Positions 36,901-48,835 of a stretch of DNA of 64,000 nt are shown in pieces (position 1 is the first letter of the stretch; every line of letters begins with the position of its first letter). The stretch is from Mytilus californianus. Its lineage: Eukaryota. A model generated the notes under the pieces. The model did no database searches. It was not told the DNA's origin and saw only the letters and a list, made by a program, of their open reading frames with translations. The DNA lies in the NCBI RefSeq assembly GCF_021869535.1, contig NW_026262690.1, positions 7,192,001 through 7,256,000 of the forward strand, given 5' to 3'. The position numbers were made by a program, and so were the translations under genes.

Positions 36901-39900
36901 ACAGACTGGATGGATTTGCAATGTCCAGAATCCAGGCCACAATCAATGAATGTAATGATCCAGTTGATATTACATTAAGAATAACAGTAAGTTTACTACG
37001 GTTCAGTGCCTTTTCATGAATGAGACTTGAGTTAAAACATTGTTTATAATAACAGTAGTATGTTTGTCATGACTTTTATTGGTGAAGACACATATGATGA
37101 ATATGAACAATACATAATATACAGACTTCGGCTTTATGGCCAGGTCTGTCTTTTTAGAATTAAGACCAAAGAAGCACTTACATGTTTTTGGGTTTTTTTC
37201 ATAATCAAATTTTAGAATAAACAGTTAGTGTTAGATGCAGTCCATCAAAAAATTGTAAAATAGTAATTTTTGTATCATTGTTTACATTTGTATCACTGAT
37301 CTAGGAGAGCTACAGTTAAATCATTGTTTAATTGTTATGTTTTTGTCAAACGGATCTAGGAGAACTTCAGTTAAATCTGTGTTAGGAGGGGATTAAGATT
37401 GCTGCCGAGCTGAAAACACTGTGAAAAGTCAGCTCCCAGTTTTTTGCAGTTTTATGTGTTTTATATGAATTGTTGCATGATAAAAAGTGGATAGACTGAT
37501 AGATAACAATTTGCTGAATCATTGGATGCCAACTTATGAGAAAAATTTGGTGGAACTTTTGTGATATTTACAGAAAACCATTTTTTGGATTTAAGTGTTC
37601 ACCTATTTATTGATTATATTTACTTGATCACAAAGGATTTAATACAACATGCCTGGAGGCAATAGCCTTACAAGTAACAGATCTGTGAATAAAAGTGGAA
37701 AATGTGGAAACACTGTCCAGACTTTACTAGCTGCCAAAGTAGATAAAGTTGACAAAGAAAAAACAGAAAAACCTAATAAACAACCAAAAAGAACTCACTC
37801 TGAAGTGTCAAATGAATCAAATACAAGTGTTGATCTGACTGGTATAATTAGTATACAAAGGGACTTAGATGAAATTAAACAAAACCTTGAGGGTGGATTA
37901 AAAAAGATAGACCTTGAAAATGCAACAAAAGATCTTGTTAAGTCAAGTGATCTGGAAGTCATTGTAACATCTATTGTGAAGAATTTATTTAAAGAATTTA
38001 CTTCATCATTAGAGACAAAAATTGATGAAAAAGTATCAGAAGTTATAGGGGAAATGCAAGAGAAAATAGATGCATTATCAATTGAAAATGAGAACTTGAG
38101 GGAGAAAGCTGAGGTAGCTATGAAAAGCCTATCTGCAACAAAGAAAGAATTACACCAAAATGAAAGACTGACAAGAGAAGCGATTACCAGCAGCAACTAT
38201 AATGAACAATATTCTCGCAAAAACAACATAAGAGTTATAAACTTTCCATGGCGAGAGCGACAAGATCTGCGTGCAGACTTTATAAGTAAAGTGAAAAGGG
38301 ACATGAATGTAGAACTTGAGGAAAGAGATGTTGTCGCCATCCATAGAATTCCATCTGACAAATTAGGACCAAAGCCTCTAATTGTGAGATTATTTAGTAG
38401 CGATGTTAAACGAAGAGTGATGCGAGAAAAGAAGAATTTACAAGACCATGTAAGATTTTATGATGACATTTCCAAAAGAAACATTGAATTGATGAAAAGA
38501 CTAAATGAGACTGAATGGTTCAGCGACGTATGGTACTTCAACTGTGGTGTATATGGAAGGATATCTGATGGTCTACAGCTGAAGTTCAATATTTTTGATG
38601 ACATTTTTCTTAGATTGAGACAAAGGAAATAAGTAGTTAACTTAGTATATGACTTTCATTGTTACATGTACATTATGTCTTGATGAATTTTATTTTTTTT
38701 TTTTTAAAGTGTTTTTCTTATTTTCATGGGACAAATCTTAATACTATAAAAGTTGTCTCCACTTTGTAAAATAGTTGACTATGTCATAACTGATAAATCA
38801 TATACAGGATATATTAAATTGAAAGAACAATTATACTGCAAAAAACTATTGTTCTGACATTAATTTAATAAAAAATGTCTGCCATCTTGATGCTAAATTT
38901 TTGTTTTTATCTCTATCTTTTTCTTTCCAGTCCTTTATTCTTTTTATTAATTATTGCATTTCTGCAATATCATTCCATTACATTTTGTTTTGGTTTAGTT
39001 TATGGTGAGTTTCCTACTTATCATTTTTTATGCTTCTATATGTTGGTGAAATGTTTTTCTTTAGTATTTTTTATACATATGGAGAATAATCAGATATTAC
39101 TATTACAATTTTTTACGGTCATGTTATGTGCTAGTGTATTTATCGACATCATATCATGTGTGCCCTGAAGTTATTAACTGTTAATTGCCAAGGTTTGGGA
39201 GATAAAGTTAAAAGAAGAGATGTTTTTAACTATTTAAGAACAAAGAATTATAATATTTACTGTTTACAAGATACTCATTTCTTATGTGAAAATGAAAATA
39301 ATATAAGAGCTATGTGGGGATATGATAGTTTTTTTTCATCATATAGTTCAAATTCAAGAGGTGTAGCAGTTATGTTTAATAACAACTTTGAGTTTAAGGT
39401 CCTAAAAGAAAAAAAAGATGTTGGTGGCAATTATTTAGTATTAGACTTAGTTGTTGATACTTTACATTTTACACTTGTAACTATTTATGGACCAAATATA
39501 GATAATCCAATTTTTTATGATCAAACTATGTCAATTATAGATGATTTTGGTAATGATAGCTATATGATATGTGGTGATTTTAATCTTGTTCTCAACCCTG
39601 ATATAGATTATTTTAACTATTTACATGTAAATAACCCAAATGCTCGGGGAAAAGTTTTAGAAATCATTGAGGAAAGATGTCTCATTGACCCTTTCCGAGA
39701 ACTTTACCCAGATTTGAAACGTTTCACATGGAGAACAAGAACCCCCTTTAAACAAGCAAGGCTAGATTTTTTTCTTTTGTCTGAAAATTTACTATGCTGT
39801 TTGAATAATTGTAATATTGAGCCTAGCTATCGCTCTGATCATTCTATGGTTATATTAAATCTAGAATTTAATCCATTTGATCGAGGTAGAGGATTGTGGA

Positions 39901-42900
39901 AATTTAATAATTCATTATTGTATGATCCAGAATATATAAAGATTGTTAAGGAAAAAATAGTAGAAGTTAAAAAACAATATGTTACACCTGTTTATGATAT
40001 AGATAGAATTGAAGACATAAATAATGAAGATCTCCATTTTAATATTAACAGTCACTTATTTCTTGAGACAATGTTGATGGAAATTAGAGGCAAAACTATA
40101 TCTTATTCAAGTTATAAGAAAAAAGTAAAAGAAAAACAAGAGAAAGATATTAGAAATGAAATCCTAATTTTGGAAGAAAAGGTAGATGAAGGTTCAATAA
40201 AGATTTTGGAAAATAAAAAATATGAATTAGAAAATATAAGAAAAGAAAAAATTAAAGGGAAAATAATTCGATCAAGAATACAATGGGTAGAAGAGGGTGA
40301 AAAACCTACTAGCTATTTTTGTGGGCTAGAATCAAAAAATTTTACAAATAAGATAATACCAAAAGTAGAAAAAGAAAATGGAGATGTAATTTCAAAACAA
40401 AAAGATATTTTGAAAGAAGTGAAATCTTTTTATGAAAATTTATATAAGAATAAAGATCAGTCAAAGGGAGATAAATTCAGTAAACTCGAAGAAGGATTGA
40501 AAGATATAAAGTTTAAAAAATTAACTGATGATGAGAAAAATAATCTTGAAGGTAAAATAACAATTGAAGAAGCTGGTTTGATATTGAAAAATATGAAAAA
40601 TAATAAAACACCAGGATCTGATGGTTTCTCCACAGAGTTCTTTAAATTTTTTTGGAAAGATTTAAAAATTTTTGTTGTAGACTCCTTGAACTACAGTACT
40701 GAGATTGGTGAACTATCTGTTACGCAAAAACAAGGAACCATTACATGCCTGCCGAAAGGAAATAAACCTAGACATTTCTTAAAAAATTGGCGACCTATAT
40801 CTTTATTAAATACAGTTTATAAAATTGGCTCTGGAGTTATGCAAAACGCTTTAAAACAGTTTTAGATAAACTGATAGATTTCGATCAAACTGGATTTATT
40901 AGTGGGAGATATATTGGAGAAAATCTTCGTTTAATTTATGATATTATGCAATTTACTGAGGAAAAAGACATTCCAGGACTTTTATTGCTCATAGATTTCG
41001 AAAAGGCATTTGATTCAATTTCTTGGGAATTTTTAACCAGTGTCTTGAAGTTGTTCAATTTTGGAGAATCAATAATTAATTGGGTTAAAGTTTTTTATAA
41101 CAATATTAAATCAGCTGTTAATCAGGGAGGACATCTATCAGAATTTTTTTCTATAGAACGAGGCTGTAGACAAGGTGATCCCTTGTCGCCTTATATTTTT
41201 ATTCTCTGTGTTGAAATATTAGCACTAAAAATACGAAATAATGATAAAATAAATGGCATTACAGTTGCTCAAGCTGAGCACAAACTTTCACAATTTGCTG
41301 ATGACACATCTCTTATTTTAGATGGTAAAGAAGAATCTTTGAATGAAGCATTAAATGAATTAGATTGGTTTGGAAATATATCTGGTTTAAATATTAATTT
41401 TTCTAAAACACAAGTTATTTGGATAGGAAATAAAAAGTATAGTAATGAGGTATTATGCCAAAATAGAAACCTTACATGGGGAGAAACATGTTTTAAGTTA
41501 TTAGGTATAAGCTTTGATGTTAATCTTGATAGAATTGTAAAAATTAATTATGATGAAAAAATTGTACAAATAAAATGTGTAATTAAACAATGGTCAAAAC
41601 GAAATCTTACTGTTATTGGTAGAATTACTGTTGTAAAGACATTGATATTGCCTATTTTAAATCATTTGTTTATATCCTTACCAAATCCAAGTGATGATAT
41701 TTTAAAAAATGTTATTGAACTTATGTACAATTTTATATGGAGTTCACCAATTGATAGAATAAAGAGAGATGTTTTACAAAATGATATTGAAGATGGTGGA
41801 CTCAAAATGATAAATCTTAGTGCATTTATTTTAGCACTGAAGTGTACGTGGATAAGGAGATTATTTAAAACAGACAACAAATGGCAGAATGTTTTTTTGT
41901 CAAATGTTCATGTAGAACTTGAAAAATTTTATGGTTGTGGAAGTGTTTATATACAAAAATTACAACAAAATATAAAAAATAAATTTTGGCAAGATGTTCT
42001 GAAAGCATGGCAACTTCTCAGAGAAAAAGATGAATATGACAGTTGGGAATGCTTTCTTGCTAGTCCAATCTGGCTTAACAATAACATAAAGGTAGCAAAT
42101 AAACCTATTTTTTATAAAGATTGGTTTGAAAATGGTATAAGATTTATAAATGATATTGTAAATGAAGATGGGACTTTTTTCTCTCATCAAGAATTAGAAG
42201 AAATGTATCAGATAAATGTGAATTTCATGAGATATAATAGTATTATATCTGCTATACATCAAGCATCAAAATCATTTGTGGGAAAAAATCACAAATTAGA
42301 ACTACCTTTAATTCCATCTGCTATTAAAAGACTTGTTAAAAGTTCAAAAGGATCTAAAGATATGTATATTGTTTTAAATAAAAATAAAAGTGTTCCCACT
42401 AGTCAGTTAAGATGGACTGAAATTTTTGGCTTTGATCAAAATCATTGGAAAAAAATTTATAAAATGCCATTTGTTGTCACAAATAATACTAAGTTACAGT
42501 GGCTGCAGTATAGATTCAATCATCGAATCTTAGCTACAAACAAATTTCTTCATAAAATTAAGATTTATGATAATCCAAATTGTACATTTTGTAATAGAGA
42601 AATTGAAACATTAGAACATTTATTTTGGGATTGTGAACATACACAGATATTATTAGAAAAGATTGAAAATTGGTTTCTGACCAATGGAGTTAGTGTATTT
42701 TTTACAAAAGAAGTTTTTTTGTTTGGTAACATTGCAAAAATATCAAAAGGCAATGCAGAAAATACTCTTTTTCTTACCATAAAGCAATATGTTTATAATA
42801 CCAGATGTTTTAAAAAAAAACTGTCAATAAACTCAGTAAAAGAGAAGATGAAATATGTGTATGCAATTGACAAAAATATTGCTATGAAAAACAAATGTGA

Positions 42901-45900
42901 ACATCAGTTTCACAGAGAATGGAACATTTTTAATAGATTACTTAGTTAAGTACAAAAATGTATACACTTTAAATTTAATATTATACATGTTATACATGAA
43001 AATGCTGTATTTACTATGCTAAAATAGAATTCAATGTCTAGATGAATTGTATTGAAAACTCACCACACTATTTTCTCTCACTCTCTTTCTCTCTCTCTCC
43101 GGTGTTCAGACTGCTTTACTCTTTATCTTATATTTGTATATTTAAAAAAAAAATTGCTTCCTAATAAAAAGATGTATTGTTAAGATAATATCAATAGATT
43201 TATATATTGTTATTATTTGTGTATACACTGTATTATGTTGTAAATTGGAAGTTATAAATAATAAAAATTAAAAATTAAAAAAAAAATCTGTGTTAATGAT
43301 GTAGTGTCATAATATAGTCCAGAGTCCAAAGTTAATATCCATTGTCTGTGTAAATTTACTAATACTTTGTTCTGTAATATAAGGCGCAAGGAAGACAATT
43401 TTAATACCATGAAATTGGCAATTATTTCTTGTTATGTCTGTCTTTTGGAAATATTTTGTTCTTTATGATAAATTGAGCTTAGTTGAAACAAAGATGCAAC
43501 TATATAAAAAATAAAAAATTTAAGCTACAGACAGGTGGTTTTATTACCAGAAGGATAATATGGAAGATTTTAATAAACTTAAAAGTTTTATATAAAAGTA
43601 AAACAACAAAGTACAAATCTTAAAAAATTCTATATCCAACAAAAAAGCATTTTCCTATGCCTTTGTCTTTCTTTAAAAAAATATAAGTATTGCTAACAAT
43701 TTTAGAATTTATTCATACATTTTTGTATTATTCAAAAATTCAGTCAATATGTGTTCTACAAGGATCACCAGTCCTTCACCTTTCTTTTGATACCTTAATA
43801 ACCAAAATATATTCTACATAGTTTTATATTTACACCTATGCGTAGGAACTATTTTGTTTTCAATATGTACTACTTTCCAGTATGTTCTTTTGTGATTAAG
43901 CCTGATTTAATGGTGTTACATCTTACAAAGTCTATCCAAATTATTTTAGCAAAGAATCCCGCTCAAACCTGTGCTAGGGGCCATCTTAAGTGTGCAGTGA
44001 GGTGAGAGTTTTTTTTTGTTTTTTTTTTGCTCCGTGTTGAAGGCATCACTGTGACTTTGAGATGAAAAACAGCAATAAAAGCACTGTTCCTTTGCTTTTT
44101 GTGTGTTTTTTGCTGTGCATGTACTGATTTTGTGTCATGGATGGATACCCCATATCCTTCGTTTTTCTATTATGTCCATTAAATACAAGTCATTCATGAT
44201 TTTAAGATTCACACCTTATTTACAATGGCAAAGCTATTCCTCTTGAGAAATTGAAAATTAGCAAAATATGCTTACTTTCAAATGAGATGATTTTGAAACA
44301 GGAAATTATTAAAGTTATATTAATAGAAGAAACTAAAATGCAATTTCATATATCTATCAAATGAAGGCAAATAATATCTTGTTAGAGACTATCCAATATC
44401 ATCCCTTCTGTTTGTATCTTGTTGGAGACTATCCAATATCATCCCTTCTGTTTGTATCTTATCAGAGACTATCCAATATCATCCCTTCTGTTTGTATCTT
44501 GTTAGAGACTATCCAATATCATCCCTTCTGTTTGTATCTTGTTAGAGACTATCCAATATCATCCCTTCTGTTTGTATCTTGTCAGAGACTATCCAATATC
44601 ATCCCTTCTGTTTGTATCTTGTTAGAGACTATCCAATATCATCCCTTCTGTTTGTATCTTGTTAGAGACTATCCAATATCATCCCTTCCGTTTGTATCTT
44701 GTTAGAGACTATCCAATATCATCCCTTCCGTTTGTATCTTGTTAAGAGACTATCCAATATCATCCCTTCTGTTTGTATCTTGTTAGAGACTATCCAATAT
44801 CATCCCTTCTTTTTGTATCTTGTTAGAGACTATCCAATATCATCCCTTCTGTTTGTTTTGAATGCTTTGGAGAAATATTGGATTATCTCCCTATGAACTG
44901 AAATTAAAACTTATTAGCTAAAGAATATTACACTTAAACATTTAGGTTTTAGCTTATGTACTGGTCATCTATTTAAAAATGAGGAGGTATGTTTTATGAA
45001 TGGTAAAAAAACAGTAACTTGACCATTTTAAATCAATTTAAAAATCAGCAACCTTAACTCTATGTCATATCCTCCATTAAAATGGGATCATCTGTAAACT
45101 TTATAGCATTGTCAGTATATGGTTTATCTTGCCATTGGCCTACTAAAATTAATGACTTGATAGGAGTTTCCAAGAGTTCTTACCAATGAAAGAGTTTTGT
45201 TTGATGATACAAATTTAAAGTCTGCCAAAATGGAGATTGGAACTTCTTGATTGTAAACAATTTATAATGTTTAGTTATGTTTTTTTTTAATGTTAAATCA
45301 GTAGCTATTAATGTTTTATTACATGTTTTAGTGTGAAAAGCCCAAACTTGATTGGAGTAGAACATTTACAGGTGCTATAGACACAGAGGAAGTACCAGGA
45401 TATTGGCAGAATATTTACCTACAGGTTAAACAACAATATTCTTCCAGTTCTAAGAAATATGGCATTCAGGTAAAAAAAATAAGGTTTTTATAGAGAAAAG
45501 GTTTTATATACAAAAAATAGATTAATATTGAGTGATGAAAATGTCAGAATAGTTTATTGTATAACTAAAATAATAAATTTCAAAGATGTTGTTGAGACCA
45601 TGAGTTCTTCTTAAGGTAGCACAATAGTCTATTTTAGGAAATTTGGGTGTTTTTTTTTTAAATAGCTATAATCTTGTCATTTCTAAAGTTCTTAAGACAA
45701 ATCAAATATCATATTTAAGGAGGGATTGCCAAAATGAGTTTGTAAAATGCATGTTTCTAGATATTACCTTATTTGGAAGAAGAAAAAATGGTTGCTGGGA
45801 TTATATGTTTGTGTATGTCATATGACTTTGACCTACATTTGACACTCACTAATCAGGTAAAGTTTTCTGTATTTTCCTTAATACTGTTTTCTTTTCTGTT

Positions 45901-46014
45901 GTTGATTGTATGAACGATCGCTAAGCTTAGTAAATGTGACAGCAACTCAACATCAAAATAATCAAAAGATATACAAAGAGTAACAGTCTTCAACAAAAGA
46001 CAGGTGTCTACACA

Positions 46015-46047
<33 letters not shown>

Positions 46048-48835
46048 CATTCTGAGTATGTTGCTTATATAACATTATAGGTACCAGTTCTATCAGAAAA
46101 GTGTATAATATTTACATTACATTACAGGTAACAGTTCTCTCAGAGAAATTCAAAAATGTAGAAATAATGAATTCCACCCTAAAGCTTTATGGAGAAAGCT
46201 GTTCTGTCTGTAAGTACTTCATACAGAATAAAAAACAAAGGATAATGCCTATAAAAGGTCTCTTTCATTAAAAATTTCTAAGGGTTCTGCGGAACCCAGT
46301 GTCTCGCCTACTTTTGCTGTTAATCGCAGGCTCAACAAAAATGAGGAAAAAAATTAATAAAAATATTCCTCTCTATACTATCTTTTGATTGTATGTAGCT
46401 TCTGTCCAAGTTTGGTAAAAATCCAGGATAGTTTATGAATCTAATAAATGTTTTAAAAACTTAAACTGCAGACTGTATGTAATGTTAACTGGAAGAAAAA
46501 CTAAGTCCATTTATAAGTTAAATACGGAAAAAATGGAACAAAATTTCCTTCTAGATACTGTCTTATGATCATAAACAAGCTTCTTTCCAAGTTTGGTAGA
46601 AATCCAGGATAGTTTAAGAAAGTTATTGAAATTTCAAAAACTTTAACCACAGAGTGAATGTAATGTTTCCTGGCAGAAAAACTAAGTCCATTTATAAGTA
46701 AAATATGGAAAAAATGGATTTTTTTTTTTACAAAAATTACTTTTGAATATTATCTTATGATCATAAACAAGCTTCTGTCCAAGTTTGGTACAAATCCAGG
46801 ATAGTTTAAGAAAGTTGTTAAAATTTTAAAAACTTTAACCACAGAGTGAATGTAATGTTAACTGGCAGAAAAACTAAGTCCATTTATAAGTAAAATACGG
46901 AAAAAATGGAATTTTTTTTTTACAAAATTTACTTCTGGATACTATCTTATGATCATAAACAAGCTTCTTTCCAAGTTTGGTAGAAATCCAGGATAGTTTA
47001 AGAAAGTTATTGAAATTTCAAAAACTTTAACCACAGAGTGAATGTAATGTTTCCTGGCAGAAAAACTAAGTCCATTTATAAGTAAAATATGGAAAACATG
47101 GATTTTTTTTTTACAAAAATTACTTTTGAATATTATCTTATGATCATAAACAAGCTTCTGTCCAAGTTTGGTAGAAATCCAGGATAGTTTAAGAAAGTTA
47201 TTAAAATTTCAAAAACTTTAACCACAGAGTGAATATTTGTGGCCGCTACCGCCGACGGAATGTAGGATCGCTATGTCTCACTTTTTCGACAAAAGTCAAA
47301 GGCTCGACAAAAACATCTTTCACATTCTAAATATTGTTCTGTAGAAAGGCATAAGATAATTGAACTCTTCGTCAATTTTCAATTTCAATTTAAAGTTAAT
47401 ACTTAATCAAACAAAATTTGGGTTTGTGTTTCATCTGCTGTGAATGTTCTGAAGCCAGACATAAATGTAACGTTGACCTGGTTGTAAATAACAAACATAA
47501 AGCTTTTAATAAAAATTATGGTTATGCAATTTAAAACTTACAAAGTGACTCAGGCATATCAATTTGACAAATACCAATAAACAACTTTATATATTAAAAT
47601 GCAAGGTACCTTATTCAACAATATACCAAATATCAGTGGTCTACTGAAAACTTCTTCTGCATAAATACCCTTGTAAGGAAACTAAATATTTGAATATTTG
47701 AACATTTAAAACATTTCAAATTCACTGAACCATAACTGAGGTTGTTTTAAGATGGTGATGACGGATGGCTGTTTAATGTGTAACGGTAACTTAAATGCAT
47801 ATTCAGGACAGATAATGGAGAATGCCCCTTGGAGTGAAATTTTCTATATGTTTTCTACGCTGTACAAATATGGTTTTTATCCTCCAATTCAACGTCGAGT
47901 TTAACATATAGTTATATTACTTTCCTGTCATTGGTATTATTGTTGTGATTATTAGTCCCCTACCGACGAAGTCAAAGGGGTCTTTAGGTTTGCACTCCGT
48001 CTGTCAGTCCTGTCCATCCTTCAGTCCGGCAAATCAGTTTTCCACACTTTTTTTCTCATGCTTGAAGATATTGATTTGATAATTGGTATATAGTTTTCTC
48101 ATGACAAGTTACAGATCAAGTTTGAATTTTGGTCCGATCTAATGATTTTATGCAGAGTTATGGTCCTTGGACTTAAAAAATTCACTCAAATAATCAGTTT
48201 TCCTCACTTTTTTTCATCATGCTTGAAGATATTAATTTGATAATTGGTATATAGTTTTATCATGACAAGTTACAGATCAAGTTCGAATTTTGTTCCGGTC
48301 TGATGATTTTGTGCAGAGTTATGGTCCTTGGACTTACAAAATTCACTCAAATAATCAATTTTCCACATTTTCATCAGTCATGCTTGAAGATATTGACTTG
48401 ATATTTGTTATATAGTTTATACCATGACAAGTTATAGATCAAGTAAGCATTTTGTTCCAGTACAATGAATTTTTAACCGGTAGGGGACTATGTTTTGCCA
48501 GGCAATACTCACAGAATGCTTGTTGTAATGTCTGTTTATTTTGTTATTCAGTAAACCCGAGAGCCCAGATAGCAGTTGCAATACTAGGAACATTAGCAGG
48601 ACTTGCTGTCATTGGTATTATTGTTGTGATTATTCTGAAGAAAAGAAGAGAAAGAGCTTTATCTTACCTATCAACACCACCTCTTGTACAAAATGCAGAA
48701 CAGCCAGAAAATTCATTTCAGGCTAATTCTACACATGGAGTCATATCAGATGAGACAACCTATCAAAACAGACCAGATTTTCAAGACATGGTGACTTATT
48801 CTGGTCTCACCAGAAATGATCACCAGAGATTTTGA
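33962..48835 (+). CDS. Uncharacterised type I membrane protein: signal peptide, small Cys-containing ectodomain, TM helix, Tyr-motif tail. Exons 33962-34025, 36859-36986, one unresolved phase 0-to-1 exon, 45372-45469, 46128-46209, 48552-48835
   Basis: MSPGVSFFCVIILCYFVSVVQG | VICLFYHLKSDCDYRLDGFAMSRIQATINECNDPVDITLRIT | ? | AIDTEEVPGYWQNIYLQVKQQYSSSSKKYGIQ | VTVLSEKFKNVEIMNSTLKLYGESCSV | LNPRAQIAVAILGTLAGLAVIGIIVVIILKKRR...YQN...VTYSGL. Canonical GT-AG sites; phases fit except for one gap. Confidence 0.7.
34006..34183 (+). repeat. 29-bp x6 tandem repeat of the signal-exon 3' end plus donor
   Basis: CCAAG|GTAA with GT at 34026, 34055, 34084, 34113, 34142 and 34171. Confidence 0.95.
35950..36885 (+). 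repeat. 40-bp x~23 tandem repeat of the acceptor plus the first ~24 nt of exon 36859-36986
   Basis: Unit tcatctgtccttattttacag|gtgtaatatgtctgtttta. ATATGTCTGT recurs at 36061, 36101, 36141 and onward. The last unit runs into the exon. Confidence 0.95.
37649..38632 (+). CDS. L1-type ORF1p, 327 aa (coiled coil plus RRM-like region)
   Basis: Heptad-rich region, then EQYSRKNNIRV, VVAIHRIP and PLIVRL motifs. Lies upstream of the EN-RT ORF. Confidence 0.85.
   Translation: MPGGNSLTSNRSVNKSGKCGNTVQTLLAAKVDKVDKEKTEKPNKQPKRTHSEVSNESNTSVDLTGIISIQRDLDEIKQNLEGGLKKIDLENATKDLVKSSDLEVIVTSIVKNLFKEFTSSLETKIDEKVSEVIGEMQEKIDALSIENENLREKAEVAMKSLSATKKELHQNERLTREAITSSNYNEQYSRKNNIRVINFPWRERQDLRADFISKVKRDMNVELEERDVVAIHRIPSDKLGPKPLIVRLFSSDVKRRVMREKKNLQDHVRFYDDISKRNIELMKRLNETEWFSDVWYFNCGVYGRISDGLQLKFNIFDDIFLRLRQRK
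39156..42949 (+). pseudogene. L1/Tx1 ORF2 (APE endonuclease, RT, Cys knuckle) with a single 1-bp deletion near 40840
   Basis: LTVNCQGL, CLQDTH, GDFN, SDH (endonuclease); NWRPISLLN, DFEKAFD, RQGDPLSP, FADD (RT); CTFC..ETLEHLFWDC. Restoring one base at GTTAT^GCA gives SGVIAKRFKTVLDKLIDFDQTGF and fuses the two ORFs. Confidence 0.9.
44374..44855 (+). repeat. 40-bp x12 minisatellite
   Basis: Unit gttagagactatccaatatcatcccttctgtttgtatctt starting at 44381, 44421, ... 44822. Confidence 0.95.
46270..47313 (-). mobile_element. HINE with about four ~180-190-bp internal tandem units
   Basis: Minus-strand start TTTTTGTCGAGCC with hairpin and CGTCGG repeats. Terminal hairpin GGGTTC-TGCG-GAACCC at 46282-46297. 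Confidence 0.8.
47951..48522 (+). mobile_element. HINE
   Basis: Subterminal IR TAGTCCCCTACCG (47953-47965) / CGGTAGGGGACTA (48478-48490). GTCC-like microsatellite, internal tandem units and a 3' hairpin. Confidence 0.85.

Larger units (their letters stand above)
37385..43283 (+). mobile_element. Full-length 5.9-kb L1/Tx1-clade LINE in an intron of the membrane-protein gene
   Basis: TSD AAATCTGTGTTA at 37373-37384 and 43284-43295. TT|AAA target. 5' UTR, ORF1, 523-nt spacer, ORF2, 3' UTR with AATAAA and an A-rich tail. Confidence 0.95.

Noticed and set aside
44361-44896. 114-aa and 65-aa repetitive ORFs (similarly 36368-36616 and 12976-13345)
   Set aside because: They cycle through three frames of a minisatellite. 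Only the micro-exon hypothesis is kept, as a finding.
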